From the human T2T-CHM13v2.0 reference genome, Homo sapiens: 64,000 nucleotides of DNA. The stretch is taken from NCBI RefSeq assembly GCF_009914755.1, contig NC_060931.1; one strand, 5' to 3'. The notes under the pieces were generated by a model. It did not search any database, had not been told where the DNA came from, and worked only from the letters and a program-made list of their open reading frames with translations. This document shows positions 1 through 13,207 of the stretch, in pieces (position 1 is the stretch's first letter; each line of letters starts with the position of its first letter). The position numbers and the translations under genes were made by a program.

Positions 1-556
1 CCATCTGTCTCTCAAGCAGCAGAACCAAGAATTGGATCGAGACCCCTTTGGTGTCAAGGACTCTTAGCACTTTACTTCTGTGCTCCCAGAGTTCTGGAGG
101 GTCTCCCAGAAAACTCTAGATTTGCATACCACCTTTAGTCAACACATCCAGGTCTGCTCACTAATTCCCTAACCTGACACATTCCATAATCATGGACTAT
201 AAAATTGTTTGCCCAAATCACTTTCCCTATGATCTCACCTTATTCCAACTCCTTTGGAACTTACATTTGCCTTGCAATTATCTATGACATTTTATGGGTG
301 TGAATATACATCTTTTAATTGCATTGAAACAGCGTAGAATGACCCCATGTGTATCTCTATATTGTCTTATTAATCATCTGTGCTAATGTAGCCCATGTGT
401 GTATACATCATGTTCATTAGTTGTCTGTTCCACAAGCATATGTTGCCTGCTTCTATTAAGGGATGTAAGTTCTAAACCACAAAGGCTATGCCTTATGCTT
501 TTCTGTATCCCCAATACTTGGCACAGTGCCTTATAACAAGATAGATGCTCAGATAA

Positions 557-1038
557 ATGTTCATTGCAGCACTATTCACGATAGCAAAGACATGGAATCA
601 ACCCAGATGCCCATCAATGATAGACTGGATAAAGAAAATGTGGTACGTATACACCATGGCATACTATGCAGCCATAAAAAAGAATGAGATCATGTACTTT
701 GCAGGGACTTGAATGGAGCTGGAGGCCATCATCCTTAGGAAGCTAACACAGGAACAGAAAACCAAATACTGCATGTTCTTACTTATAAGTGGGAGCCAAA
801 TGATGAGAAAGAGCTAAATGATGAGAATACATGGACACATACGGGAAATTATACATACTGGGGCCTTTCGGAGGGTGGAGGGTAAAGGGTGGGAGGAGGG
901 AGAGGATCAGGAAAAATAATTAATGGGTACTAGGGTTAATACCTGGGCGATGAAATAATCTGGACAATAAACCCCCATGACACAAGTTTACCTATATAAG
1001 AAACCTGCATTTGTACCCTGGACTTAAAATAAAAGTTA
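557..1038 (+). mobile_element. L1 3' end (old L1PA/L1PB type)
   Basis: atgttcattgcagcactattcac...aaagaaaatgtggtac...ataagtgggagc...G-rich tract...aacctgca...aaaataaaagtt, typical of the L1 ORF2 end and 3' UTR. Confidence 0.9.
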
Positions 1039-1158
1039 ATAATACTTGCCTTGTGTCCCATCAAGTATTAACAAGGATCAAATTAGATGGTGAATGTGAA
1101 TGCTGTTGTGCACTATAAGGTTAGAAAAAGATCTATTATGATTACAGATCACCACTGA

Positions 1159-1473
<315 letters not shown>

Positions 1474-2849
1474 TGATTGTTTTCTTCAAGTCAAAAAAAT
1501 GTTTTGTTTGGGAAGGTTTTTTTCTAAGTGGTATAGCTGTGGAAAAACAAATAAAATCCTATTTCCTTGTTGCCATCCTCACTCCAACATTTTCAGTAGC
1601 AAGAAGAGATTAAAAATAAGTGGCTGCAGAAGATGCTGGGGAAGCAGAATTAGCCATAAGACTCGACCATGACACTCAGGCAGAGGAATAAAGGTTTTTA
1701 CTAGTCAATCAAAAAGGAAGAGGAAGAGACAAGGATTAGAACAGAGTAGTATATAAACAAGCAAATAAACTGTAGGCCAGGAAAGGGTCTTTCAGTGACC
1801 TACAGAACACAGGCGGAGAATATAGCAACATCTTCTCATTCTCCAGCTACAAAAGCGGGTATTTATGTGAAAAGGGAAATGTAAATCAGATCAATACGAA
1901 GATTTTAGGGAACGTTGCTTAGGTATCATGCAGACATCCAACTCTTTAGGGAGAATTTGTTAGAAAAACCAAATCACAGCCTCAGGAATTCATATCACAA
2001 AATTCAGTCAGGCTGAAGAATTTCACCTTTCTCCCCTCATTTTCCACTATTAAACAGAATAGTATTTCTCTCTCTGAGATTTTTCCTTCCATTTTGTTCT
2101 TTTCTTTTGCGTAGGTGGGAGATGTATGTTAGTTTATACTTTATTTTGGTTATCTTTTTTCTGTCTGGGATTTTTTGTCCTTACTAAGCCTATTTAAGTT
2201 TATTTTGCTTTCTAACAATAAAGGCATGAGGGAAGAGCTCACCTCAACTCCATTCAGATAGAGCTTCTAAATGCCAAGCAAAATTCTATCAGTCCTGTAA
2301 GTCTGTATTGCAGAGAAATGTCCACCCCAAGGGAAAAATACTATATTATTTAAAATAATTTGCTGTGTATTAATAACTCCTGAAATTTTCAATAACTTTA
2401 TAATCTGAACAATTTATTGTAAAAGCCATAAAGAAATGTTTCTTAAAAGGCCATACCAAGATACACAGGAATATGAAGTAAAATAAAACAATGCAGAAGC
2501 TTAAATTTCATATTAAGAATCTAAACAAGAAAACCTAAAAATTGGTTTAATTTCCTTGGGTGCCTTTCTCTGGTTTAATACTTGAATTTTCCCCCCCAGA
2601 GTGCGCCAAAATATATATACAAATATTTTCCAGGAGTAACTATGCGATGCTATTAGAACCAGAAACCCAGCCAGCTCTTTCCATGGCTTCTCCATTAAGA
2701 CATGAGTGAGCATCTGTCAGTCCCACTGGATTCATCCCGGAGGTCAAGGAAACGGATTACAGTAATCTTTCTCCAGACAACGTGGAATATGTTCAAAATT
2801 CAAGCTAGAAGGCACATAGATACTACAATGAGATGGGCCATGTTTTAAA

Positions 2850-3026
2850 ACAGTGGTTTCTTAACTCTGGTTGTAGAACTACCCACCCAAAAGAGCTTTT
2901 AAAAACTCCCAATGCCCAAGCCCCACCCACCAGCTGAATCAGAGTGGCTGTGGGTGGAGCCCAGGCAGAGGTAGATTAAAATTTTTTCCAGGTGATTTCA
3001 ACGTTCATCCTGATCGAAAATCACTG
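2850..3026. mobile_element. MER5A-like hAT-Charlie DNA transposon
   Basis: cagtggtttcttaa...aaaatcactg termini; internal gccccacccacc...gaatcaga...ccaggtgatt. Confidence 0.7.
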
Positions 3027-3403
3027 TTTTCAGAGGTTCAATGGGGAAATATGGGGGGAGGGGGGAGAAATTACTTTCTTAACTAAGCTGTAGGCAATAA
3101 TAACCAAGACAACCTGCTCTCTAATGATGGATGCAAAAGCAAAAAGGCCTTTGCTATAGGATGATCCCACGTCAAAGGTCAATTAATTTGATGGAAAGAG
3201 ATCCATTCAACTCTTTTTAGGGCCAGTAATTCTATATCTTCCAATCATATGTCCTAAGTTGTTTTAATTATAAAAAGAAAGACAAACTCATTTTAGAAAA
3301 TATGGGAAAAGAAAAAGAAGAAAATAATATTCATCTTCCTATCATATTAAGGTAGTTAACCATGGTTAACTTCTCTTAAATAAAAGATAAAATTGAGATC
3401 ATG

Positions 3404-3799
<396 letters not shown>

Positions 3800-3911
3800 T
3801 CATTATTTATTTATTGGTGATTGACTTTAGGTTTATTTGCAGACACATGGATCCACGATTCCTTGACCTACAAACTAAGTAAGATTAATCTGGTAAATAC
3901 TGAAAGGAAAA

Positions 3912-4075
3912 AACAGTGGTATAATGGTAAAGTGGGGCAGGGAAGGTCCTGATATGTAGCATTTGCCAATGTCACTGGTGTAAATACTCCCACCATGGCT
4001 GATTTCAAGGTAACAGTTTAGCAAACAGCTTGCAAACCTGATTATTTAACAACCGGCTATCTGGAGTCAGCTGAC
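3912..4075. mobile_element. MER63-like hAT-Blackjack element
   Basis: ggtgtaaatactcccaccatggctgatttcaag core; tttaacaaccggct. Confidence 0.65.
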
Positions 4076-4344
4076 CCTTAGAGAAACCCTGGCTGAATGA
4101 AACTGTTAAGTCCTTCTGTTATGACATGCTGTTTGAATGGTAGAGCTGTGTGAAAATGAAAGTTACAGTGAATGAAGTCAAACCAAGGTTTCAGTAACTT
4201 AACATATTTTGAGTTTGGAGGTGTCAAGTTCACACACAGTGTGGATGGTATAATAAAGTTTAAAAAAAGTATTAATGTAATAATAATGAATGTGGATAGA
4301 AAGTGTGGGTATACTGGAAAGAGCTTATTCTTTGAATAGACAGA

Positions 4345-4500
4345 CATGGATGTGTCAAGTTAACCTTAGTAAGCCTCTATTTCTTATCTGTACATGGGAA
4401 TAATAATGTCTCAGTGAGGCTGGTGTTAAGATTAAATACAATGTCATACATAAAGAATACAGTAAGCACACACAGCAAACACTCCACAAGTGCTACTTGC
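4345..4500 (+). mobile_element. MIR fragment
   Basis: caagttaacc...gcctctatttcttatctgtacatgggaataataat core. Confidence 0.6.
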
Positions 4501-4527
4501 CTTTCCCTCTAAGTAATTGTACTTTAG

Positions 4528-4882
<355 letters not shown>

Positions 4883-4948
4883 TAACACTTTATTTTCAGA
4901 TAATTTAATCACATTTATTTTTCAATTCCATTTCTCTATTATGTAAAC

Positions 4949-5170
4949 CAGGGGTTGGAAAACTGTGGCCTATGGGCCAACTCTGGCCTGTTTTTGTACA
5001 TAAAGTTTTAGAAAAACTTTTAATAAAACACAACATGCCCATTAATTTAGGTGGTTCTATAGCTGCTTGCACATTACAATGGCAAAGTTGAGTAGCTGAA
5101 ACAGAGACCCTGTGGCCTGCAAAGCATATTTACTATATGGACCTTTATAGAAAAAGTTTGCTGATCTATG
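4949..5170 (+). mobile_element. MER58A hAT-Charlie element
   Basis: caggggttggaaaactgtggcc...tttttgtacataaagtttt...ctttatagaaaaagtttgctga. Confidence 0.85.
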
Positions 5171-5297
5171 ATTTAAACTATTCTAAGCTTTTCTTAAATG
5201 AATACTTTTTCTATATATTAAAAGAAAAAAAGACAAGGATAGGAAAGGAAAACAATGAGAGAAAAAGATTCTTCTAGGATGTAAAAATGGCAAAACA

Positions 5298-5608
5298 GGC
5301 CATATATGGTGGCCCCTGCCTGTAATCACAGAGTTTTGGGAGGCAGAGGCAGGAGGATTGCTTGAGGCCAAGAGTTCAAGACCAGCCTGGGCAACATAGC
5401 AAGACCTCATCTCTACAAAAAAAGTCAAAAAATTAAGTGGGCATTGTGGCATGTGCCTGTAGTCCCAGCTACACAGGAGGCTGACGTGAGCTACACAGGA
5501 GGCTGAGCCCAGGAGTTTGAGGCTGCAGTGAGCTATGATAGCATCACTGCACTCCAGCCTAGGTGATAGAGTGATACAGTAAGACCCTGTTTCAAACAGA
5601 AAAGAAAA
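5298..5608 (+). mobile_element. AluJ with internal 18-bp templated duplication
   Basis: gagcccaggagtttgaggctgcagtgagctatgat (J-type); imperfect TSD aaaa(a/t)(t/-)gcaaaaca. Confidence 0.93.
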
Positions 5609-6604
5609 AAAATTGCAAAACAAACATTGATTCCAACTATACCTAAGAAATACTCGAAACTTTAGGATAAAGCTGAGCTCTAATTCAGTATTGTCAAGAA
5701 AGTATACCTTAAAGAACATTTTATAAATGAAGTTCCTACAAGATGACTATTACTTCTGAAGTGGGAATGCACCATGAATATAGAACTTGCAAGAGTGAAT
5801 TTAAGGGGTAGAAATGTGGAATTTTATAACCTGGCAATGAAAGTGACTGAAACCACATTAGTCAGGCAAAATAAGCTGATCTCTCTAACTACAGGTAAAA
5901 TAACATTCCAAACATTGAAAAATGTACACAATCAAAATTGTACGTGGTAGGGGTTTAAGAAACCATTTCCCCTGCTAATTTTTGATGTTTACACGGAATG
6001 TTCTTACAGCAGCAAATAACTTACCAATAATCTTGACAGACTGAAAATGATACATCTTTACCACAACATAAATTAATTCTCTCAATGGGAAATTGCTAAA
6101 ATAGGCAAGGTGTCAGAAAGATTTCTTTATGTCTGAAGGAAGGGAAATGATTCCATTTCTTCCAAACATTCTTACATGAAAAATAATAAACTCTCACTTT
6201 TAAACTGTCTTTATTTTCATGGGGTCCTAGGCACCCGTCACTAATTGGGGCAGTCACAGTTATCTGGGGTTGGACATGAGTCAGTCCATATTACTTCAGG
6301 TATAAAACACAGCCAATGGGAAACTGCTCCCATAATTCATATTATATGTGAATAAGTATCATAGCAATACCCAGAAAAGAGGATTGCGGAATTACACTAC
6401 ACTCTCTTTCATTCCTTAGATTTACAACATAAATGTTACAAAAAGATCCTGGAAAGTCAATCTTCACAAAATAAAATATAAGGGAAACATGGTGGTCTAT
6501 TCAAGGAAATGGACAAATGCCTAACACAAATGAACTGGTTTGTCCTCTAGAAGCATGACCTTGATTCTGTTCCTAAAATACAAAGTTGAAAACCCCAGAT
6601 GAAA

Positions 6605-6750
6605 GAAATGAACATTTATTGAGCACTGTGTTATACATATGCTATCACATTTAACTTTGACAAAAAATCTATATAATGGGTATTAGTGACTTGCCCAAGG
6701 TGACACCATTTGTAAAGAAAGAAGTTAAGGCAGCAACTCTGGTTTATCTC
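6605..6750 (-). mobile_element. MIR fragment
   Basis: acatttattgagcact...agtgacttgcccaaggtgacac. Confidence 0.55.
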
Positions 6751-7169
6751 CCATACCTAATCTGTCTTCAAAATGTTCAATCCTGATTGAACACACGGTG
6801 TCTGTCAACCATGAGTCCCCTGAGATGCCCCATAAAGAAAGAGGTCCCCTAATCAGAGCAACTAAGTTTGGGAAATTTACTAAATCCTCCCCTTGGAGAC
6901 TAACAGTGCATATTAAAGCCCCGAATTAAAGAAATCCATTTAACTTTGTCTAACTCATCATCTCCCCAAACTTACTAGGAAATCCCTTTTCCCCAACTAG
7001 TATTTTGTGAAGTTAGTATTCTGAAACACACTTTGCACAATGGAAAATGGATGACAGAGAAATACGTAAACTGTCAGAGAAGATAATTTTAATCATGGCT
7101 AAGGAGATGATGGTGTGGTTACAAGTGGGTTCTCTTTGCTCTTCGATTCAACCAAAATTTTGAATAAGA

Positions 7170-7600
7170 CCCCCAGTGCCCTAGTCCCCGCCTACCTCCT
7201 CAGTCTCATCTTACACTCGGGCCACCTGGCCTTTCAGTAATGGGGACCTGCCAGGCTGTCCCCCTCCATGGAGCCTTTGCAGAATGTTCCCTTTGTGACA
7301 TTGCTCCCCCTTTCCTCTTTACTTAGTTGACTCCTATTTATCTTTCAAAGGAAGCCTTTCCTGACTGGGTCAAACTTCTCTCCGGATGCCCTCCTATCAC
7401 AGAATTCTATATAGCACTTGTCATGATTACAGGGTTATATTTATTTGCGTATTGATTTGATTAGTGACGGTCTATACTCCCACTGGGGGAAGAGAGCTAT
7501 TTCTCTGTTTCTCAGACAGCACAAACATGCGGACCTCTTCCACCATCTCTATTCACTCCTGCCCAAGGAGGAACAGTGACTTAATGAAGCATGAACTAGG
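7170..7600 (+). mobile_element. L2 3' region
   Basis: gcctttgca...ggaagcctttcctgac...atagcacttgtc, degenerate L2 3' UTR pattern. Confidence 0.55.
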
Positions 7601-7989
7601 GAAGAAGGGCTGGGCACGCTCTGCTCAGGGTCCAGAGTGCGCTCTGGTCAGCTACCACCCTGGGGTAAGCTGAGAAGTGCACTTTGGGAAATAAATTGAA
7701 TTCTGGGAAGACATACTAGGAAGCCCAATTGTTACAGATCCAAGCTCCATTCTGTGGTTTAGCTTTATGTAATAATACAGTTGATATTTTGTTCTTCGTC
7801 TATGACTGCTATTTTACTTTTTAATCATTTCCACACTTGGGAGAGGAAGACAAGAGTGATCTTGTTTGGCCCCTAGAATGCCAATATCCTCCAACAGGTG
7901 TAAGCTCCTGAGGTCAGGGCAGGGGGCCTCTCTCTGCTCACCTCAGTAGCTCAGTTTCTGGCACTTGTGAGGCATTCAAAATGCCATTT

Positions 7990-8085
7990 CGCCCAGGCTG
8001 GTCTTGAAATCCTGGCCTCAGGTGATCCTCCTGCCTCAGCCTCCCAAAGTGCTGTGATTATACATGTGAGCCACAGCACCCAGCT
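7990..8085 (-). mobile_element. Alu left-arm/FLAM fragment
   Basis: gcccaggctggtcttgaa...ctcccaaagtgctgtgattat...gagccacagcacccagc. Confidence 0.9.
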
Positions 8086-8964
8086 GAAGTTCTAGTTTCT
8101 TGAGACATGTAAGTCTACCAAGGTTTTCTTACTAATATTTTCTTTTAAACAACTGAACTTTGTCTTCAGATTATTATAGGCTAATCCTAATGTGGAACTG
8201 AGGATAAAGTTTTGAGCAGAGTTGATCCAAATCAATGAAGATGGTACCCTTAAAAGGACAGAAGCCTCTTTAAGGTGAGGACCTGGAGGAGAGCAGATGA
8301 GAGTGCTGGAGTAGTGCACATCCACATGTGTGTCAGGGAGACTGACGGGAAAGAGAAGGCAAATAGGAGAGATGGACTGGGAAAAATAAAATGGATTACT
8401 TGATTGGTGAATAGGTGGGTATAAAGAAGCAAATGAAAAAGCTAAATTGAAGGGCAAGTTTCCACTATCTATAGAAAAAGCTGGAGAAGACAAGGACTCC
8501 CCCTTCTTCTCAAGGTGTTGTAAAAACAATGAAGTCTCCTTGGAAGAAAAATTATATCTAAATTTCTCCAAGACTGCTTAATAAATTATGTTTTCTCTAA
8601 AGGATACAATTATTTTAACTGTTTTACAAGAGAAAACGTTCATAATATATTTAGTTGTAAATCGGGTGATGAAATATGTATTACAGAGCCCATTAAAAAT
8701 GTTGTGTAGATGGGTATGCATGGTAAAAATGGGAAATATATTGACAAAAAATCTACAAAACCATTATCACATGCATATTAACAATAATCTATAAATATTT
8801 CTTCAATAATAAATTAAAGAATTTATCAATATGTAGACTAGTGAAAGGATCAACGATGTGGTGGGTCTGTGTCGTCATCTGTCCCCAGCCCCTTTCTGCC
8901 CCCAGCACATCACACACACTTTCTCTTTCTCCCCTCTCCTCCTTCTCAAGGCGGTAGGGCCAGG

Positions 8965-8972
8965 CCACTCAC
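8965..8972 (-). promoter_or_regulatory. JAZF1: 5' splice donor of JAZF1 exon 3
   Basis: CAG|GTGAGT consensus donor, GT at 8972-8971. Confidence 0.95.
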
Positions 8973-9169
8973 CTGTCGGAGTGCTGCTGCGGAATGAAGA
9001 GGAGGGGGTGATGGGTGGGGTCACGGGGGGAGTAAGGCTTCCACTGCTGTGGCGTGGGGGAGTGGACACATTCCCTCGAGACACTGAGCTGGACAGAGTC
9101 AGCGAGAGCTTCGGCTGAATCTTCTTCTTTAGGGACTCCTGCTCTCGGCGGGCAGCATCTGTCATGAAT
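8973..9169 (-). CDS. JAZF1: JAZF1 internal coding exon (exon 3, 197 bp; entered in phase 2, left in phase 1)
   Basis: Minus strand reads ...ttattgtttcAG|A TTC ATG ACA GAT...CCG ACA G|GTgagtgg. Translation FMTDAARREQESLKKKIQPKLSLTLSSSVSRGNVSTPPRHSSGSLTPPVTPPITPSSSFRSSTPT is recognised as the central S/T/P-rich part of JAZF1. Confidence 0.97.
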
Positions 9170-9195
9170 CTGAAACAATAATGGAAGGTAAGGAA
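9170..9195 (-). promoter_or_regulatory. JAZF1: 3' splice acceptor, pyrimidine tract and candidate branch point of JAZF1 exon 3
   Basis: Minus strand ttccttAccttccattattgtttcAG. AG at 9171-9170; yUnAy-type branch A at about 9189 (-20). Confidence 0.8.
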
Positions 9196-11059
9196 CCTGG
9201 GCCATGTATAGAGCATGAGGACTGATGACATTTATTAGAGTTTCAGACATGCACGACCCTGGAAAAGGACCTTGGCCACAGGTCAGTCCCAATCTCAAAA
9301 ACTCACAACAGCTTCCCTTTTCCAATGCAATGGAATTATCTTCTAGCTTGTTATTTTTAAGGTTTCTCAAAGTCAGGTCCATTTCTTCCCCAGCAAATCC
9401 TCCTTGCCAGGAAGCTTATACACACAGAATACATCTGCACCCACTGTAATACTTTCAGTTACAAGACTTCCTCTCTTGGAAGGTCTGCTCTCTTTTTCTA
9501 CCCATAGGAAGCCCACACATCCTCAAAGTTCCCCAACCACTCCTAAGTAGACAGTGCTTCCTTTATCTGCAGGTTGGCAGTATTTCTTCTTTGTACCACT
9601 TAACTGCCATCTAACATAAATGGCCTCATGAAAACTTTTTTTTTTAAATTTTTTGGTATTACTTTGATTCTCATATTGTTATTTGGGTTTAAAAACTTTT
9701 CTTGGCTAATTGAGTCCTTGCTTCCCTAGTCATGAAGGCAAGGATTCTAGTCCCCAGTTCCTAGCACAGGGCCAGGCCCACCTCAGGAAACACAGACAGA
9801 ACTGCATACATCTGCCCAGGAAGATTCCAGAAGAAGGGAAGAGAGCAGCACAAGGAAGGAGGTCACCACTGATGATTTGTTTATGTTCTAATTTTATTAC
9901 TCATAAAGAGAAAGGTGACTTTTCCTGATAGTTTCACTTTGGAAACTTCAGTTATTCTTCCAGTGCTTCTCTGATGTTGGTAATATTCAAACTTTGTTCT
10001 TTTCTCACTGTATAATCTACCATTTTGTAAATTCCTGTAATATGAGATTCAAAACAATCTATGAAATGGTATCTCCTACCTAAAGAACATTCACCTTTTC
10101 ATATTGGCAGGCAAACTTTGTCAGCTGCATTTTTGAAAATTGCCATAGAAAGCATAGTCCATAAATGTATGATAGCGTTCAGATGATAAAACCACAGCTG
10201 TCCCCACCACCTAGGCTAAGAAACAGAACATTCCATGCCCCCCAAGGCCTCTCTCCAACACCTCCCGCATCAATTATATTTTGACTATTTCAATATAATT
10301 TATCATAAGCTCACTGCATTGCACTTAAACATGGTATTTCACCTAACCTATTTCACATTTTGTCTACAAAATTCCTTAGTATTTTTCCTCACTACACAAT
10401 GAAGTTTTGGAAGTCAACAGATAGTTCTAATACCTGGCGAAAGCTTGAAGTCAATTAAACACCCAATGAAACAACAGTAATACTGTTACGCTGTCTTAAA
10501 ATTTCTATTTTTATACTTGGAACATGGATGGCACATTTCTTGAATGGTTCTTGCAATATAATCCAGATATATAAACTGGATTTTATATGCTGAACTGAGC
10601 TTAGTAATAAAGCTTTGCCTTGAGCTCTTAGGTTTTGTGCTATAGGATAGTGATGATTTAAAAAGAAGAAAGGAATGTCAAGGCAAAAGAGAATTGTTTG
10701 CACCTGGTAGCCAGGTAGGTACTCATTTATCTTCAGATGCAAAACTGGTTCTATTGTCCTTAAACTTCTTTCCCTCCGCCTCATAAACCTCTACTAAAAA
10801 TACAGACTCACAGAGAAAAGCAAAGAACTAGTGCTTTTTTTTTTATTATCCTAAGAAGAACTGCTAACTATCATGGTGCTGAGCTTCTCACACTGGGGTA
10901 TGCAGTGCGCCAGGGAGTGGCAAAGCCACAGGATAAACAGGCTGCTGCTTCCAGGAAGGCCGATTGTTCTCGAGGGTTAAGTAATTCAAACTAGTGTTTC
11001 AAATAGCAAAATAAACACGGACATGCTTATGGGGGTAGAAAAAAATGTTTACATCTTGC

Positions 11060-11193
11060 ATTTTAGTTAAGAGCATGGTATTTGGAGTCAGGCCGGGGTT
11101 CAAATCCTGGCTGGGTTATTATGTAATTTGAGGCAAGTTGATAAACTTCTCTGAATCTCAGGTTTATTCTCTGTAAAATGGGAATGAGAGTAG
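11060..11193 (+). mobile_element. MIR 5' part (resumes near 11708-11790 after an insertion)
   Basis: gttaagagcatgg...ggagtcagg...ggttcaaatcctggct...ggcaagtt...ctgtaaaatggga. Confidence 0.75.
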
Positions 11194-12039
11194 GTAAGGA
11201 ATTAACGTACGTCTTTTCCCTTTCTACACGGGAGTCTGATCTTTGGCTACATTTGGTAACCTGCTAAAAGAGTGTGTCAACTATGTTACTAGGCAACACT
11301 ATCTACGTAAGAATGACCTCTGACTGGTGAACTGCACAGCCTGGAGGATCTAGGAACCTGTAGCTATCTGATAGGAAGCCAAGAATCCTGATTTGGACTT
11401 CCCGAGCGTGGTGATCTTGTAGCTGGGCATGGCCCTTGCACAGAATGGGGAGCTATGCCCAGAGCGTGTTTCAAGAGCTTTGGCTCCTATGGGGCGTGAG
11501 GCTCTTCTACCAGGATAGCTTCCACTCCTACCTCTCTGCACCTGAACAGACTCCCACGTGCACTGCTGCAAGGGTGCCTGCAGAAGGCGACTTGTCCTCC
11601 ATCCTCTGAACAGACCCAGTGCCCTATGTGGCCCACGGTCATCTGTGAGTCTGAATGTTCACAACCTAAGAAGGTGACTTGTTGGCAGACGGGGCAATAA
11701 CATTTCAACTTCAGAGGACTGTTGTGAGAGTAAATGAGGTAATTGGCCTGTCATGTACCAAGTGGCTCAAAATGCAGAAGCTGTTATTAATTACATAAAG
11801 CATTATTATATCGTTATGTCTCTATATTTTGTCCACCTTACTCAACTCCAAGTGTCTTGAGGACACACCACACACCCATGGCTCTGAAAGCACTGAGCAC
11901 ACACGTGCCTCGTGTAGAGCAGAAATTCCGTTTGTGGAATGGCTGAATGGAATAAACCCAGAGGGTGCATATCCAGTGTAAGAGACAGAGGGAGAGACAG
12001 CCAGAGGCAGAGAGAGAAAGGCTTCTCTACGTCTAACTC

Positions 12040-12040
<1 letters not shown>

Positions 12041-12066
<26 letters not shown>
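12041..12066. repeat. (TA)13 microsatellite
   Basis: Perfect TA run. Confidence 0.95.
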
Positions 12067-12070
<4 letters not shown>

Positions 12071-12072
12071 GG

Positions 12073-12343
12073 TTTTTTTTTTTTTTTTTTTTGAGATGGA
12101 GTCTCGCACTGTTGCCCAGGCTGGAGTGCAGTGGCACGATCTCGGCTCACCTCTGCCTCCTGGTTCAAGCAATTCTCCTGCCTCAGCCTCCCAAATAACT
12201 GGGACTACAAGTGCCACCACCATGCCCAGCTAATTTTTGTATTTTTAGTAGAGACAAGGTTTCACCACATTGGCCAGGCTGGTCTTGAACTACTGACCTC
12301 AAGTGCTGCACCTGCCTCGGCCTCCCAAGTGCTGGGATTACAG
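12073..12343 (-). mobile_element. Alu (S-type), 5'-truncated
   Basis: Reverse Alu ending at gctgggattacag; AACTCATA on both flanks. Confidence 0.93.
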
Positions 12344-13207
12344 AACTCATACCTCTTGTTGTAAAATACTCTCCTACAGCTCAGATATAACACAACAACT
12401 ATAAACAACCATAACAACATTCACACACACAAACCCCACCTTCACCCTCACATGGGTTTGGCCAGCTACAGACAGCAATCTGGATTGGGGTTATATCTTC
12501 TATAGTGCTTTCTAGAAGCAAGAACAAGGCACCCATGTTAAAAGCATTAAACATGAAACACATTCTTAAAGCCCTGTCGCTAAGACTTCCTCCTGCAGTT
12601 CTCCCTCCTCTCTTGGTGTTGTGAACTTGGACATACAACCTATAAATCATGGTAACCTTGACATACCAAGGTACACAGCTGCACAATTTGTTCTAGTGAC
12701 AACCATACACACACACACCCACACCACCCGCCCCCACAAACACACACAGGAATGCCACACAAACGCTGTGGGAACCCTGGTTAAAAAGGGCCCGTGTCTC
12801 CCCTGCACTAGCATGCTGCTCCTCTTCCTCCTCCCTTCATTAACCATGACTTAACCCATTTTCTGAGACTTAATTTAGTAAGTAAATTCTCAAGTTTTTG
12901 AGCAATGTTCCATCAGCACAGCTGTCTGTCAAAAGGTGGGCAGATTCCTAGTGGCAAGGAGCCATTTGGGGAGACAAAAGTGTCTAGAGAAGCCAAGGAG
13001 GCACAGCAAAGGCTGTGATTCTGGCCAACAAATGAGGACTATGTTCCCTGTTTCACCAAATATCAGGTCTGGAAAGATTAACCGTGTTGCCAAGGCTGAG
13101 TTCAGGTTAAGCAAGTCATGTGACTCAGTGGCCTAAGCTTTCCTCAATGAGTCTGGACACCACTGGTGATCTTTCTGAAGCTCTCAGTAATCACGGCTGA
13201 TGTGGAT

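Noticed and set aside
793-829. 18-bp duplication gagc(c/t)aaatgatgagaa resembling C/D-box ATGATGA motifs
   Set aside because: Lies within the L1 3' UTR consensus; no D box or terminal stem to support a snoRNA.
873-900. G-quadruplex motif
   Set aside because: The standard G-rich tract of the L1 3' UTR; not locus-specific.
8875-9231. 118-aa ORF as a stand-alone gene
   Set aside because: Only 8973-9169 matches JAZF1 and is bounded by AG/GT; the flanks are intronic read-through.
8969-9382. Second open frame across exon 3 (dual coding)
   Set aside because: It would need a phase-0 upstream exon, and none is evident. Open alternate frames are common in C-rich 200-nt exons.
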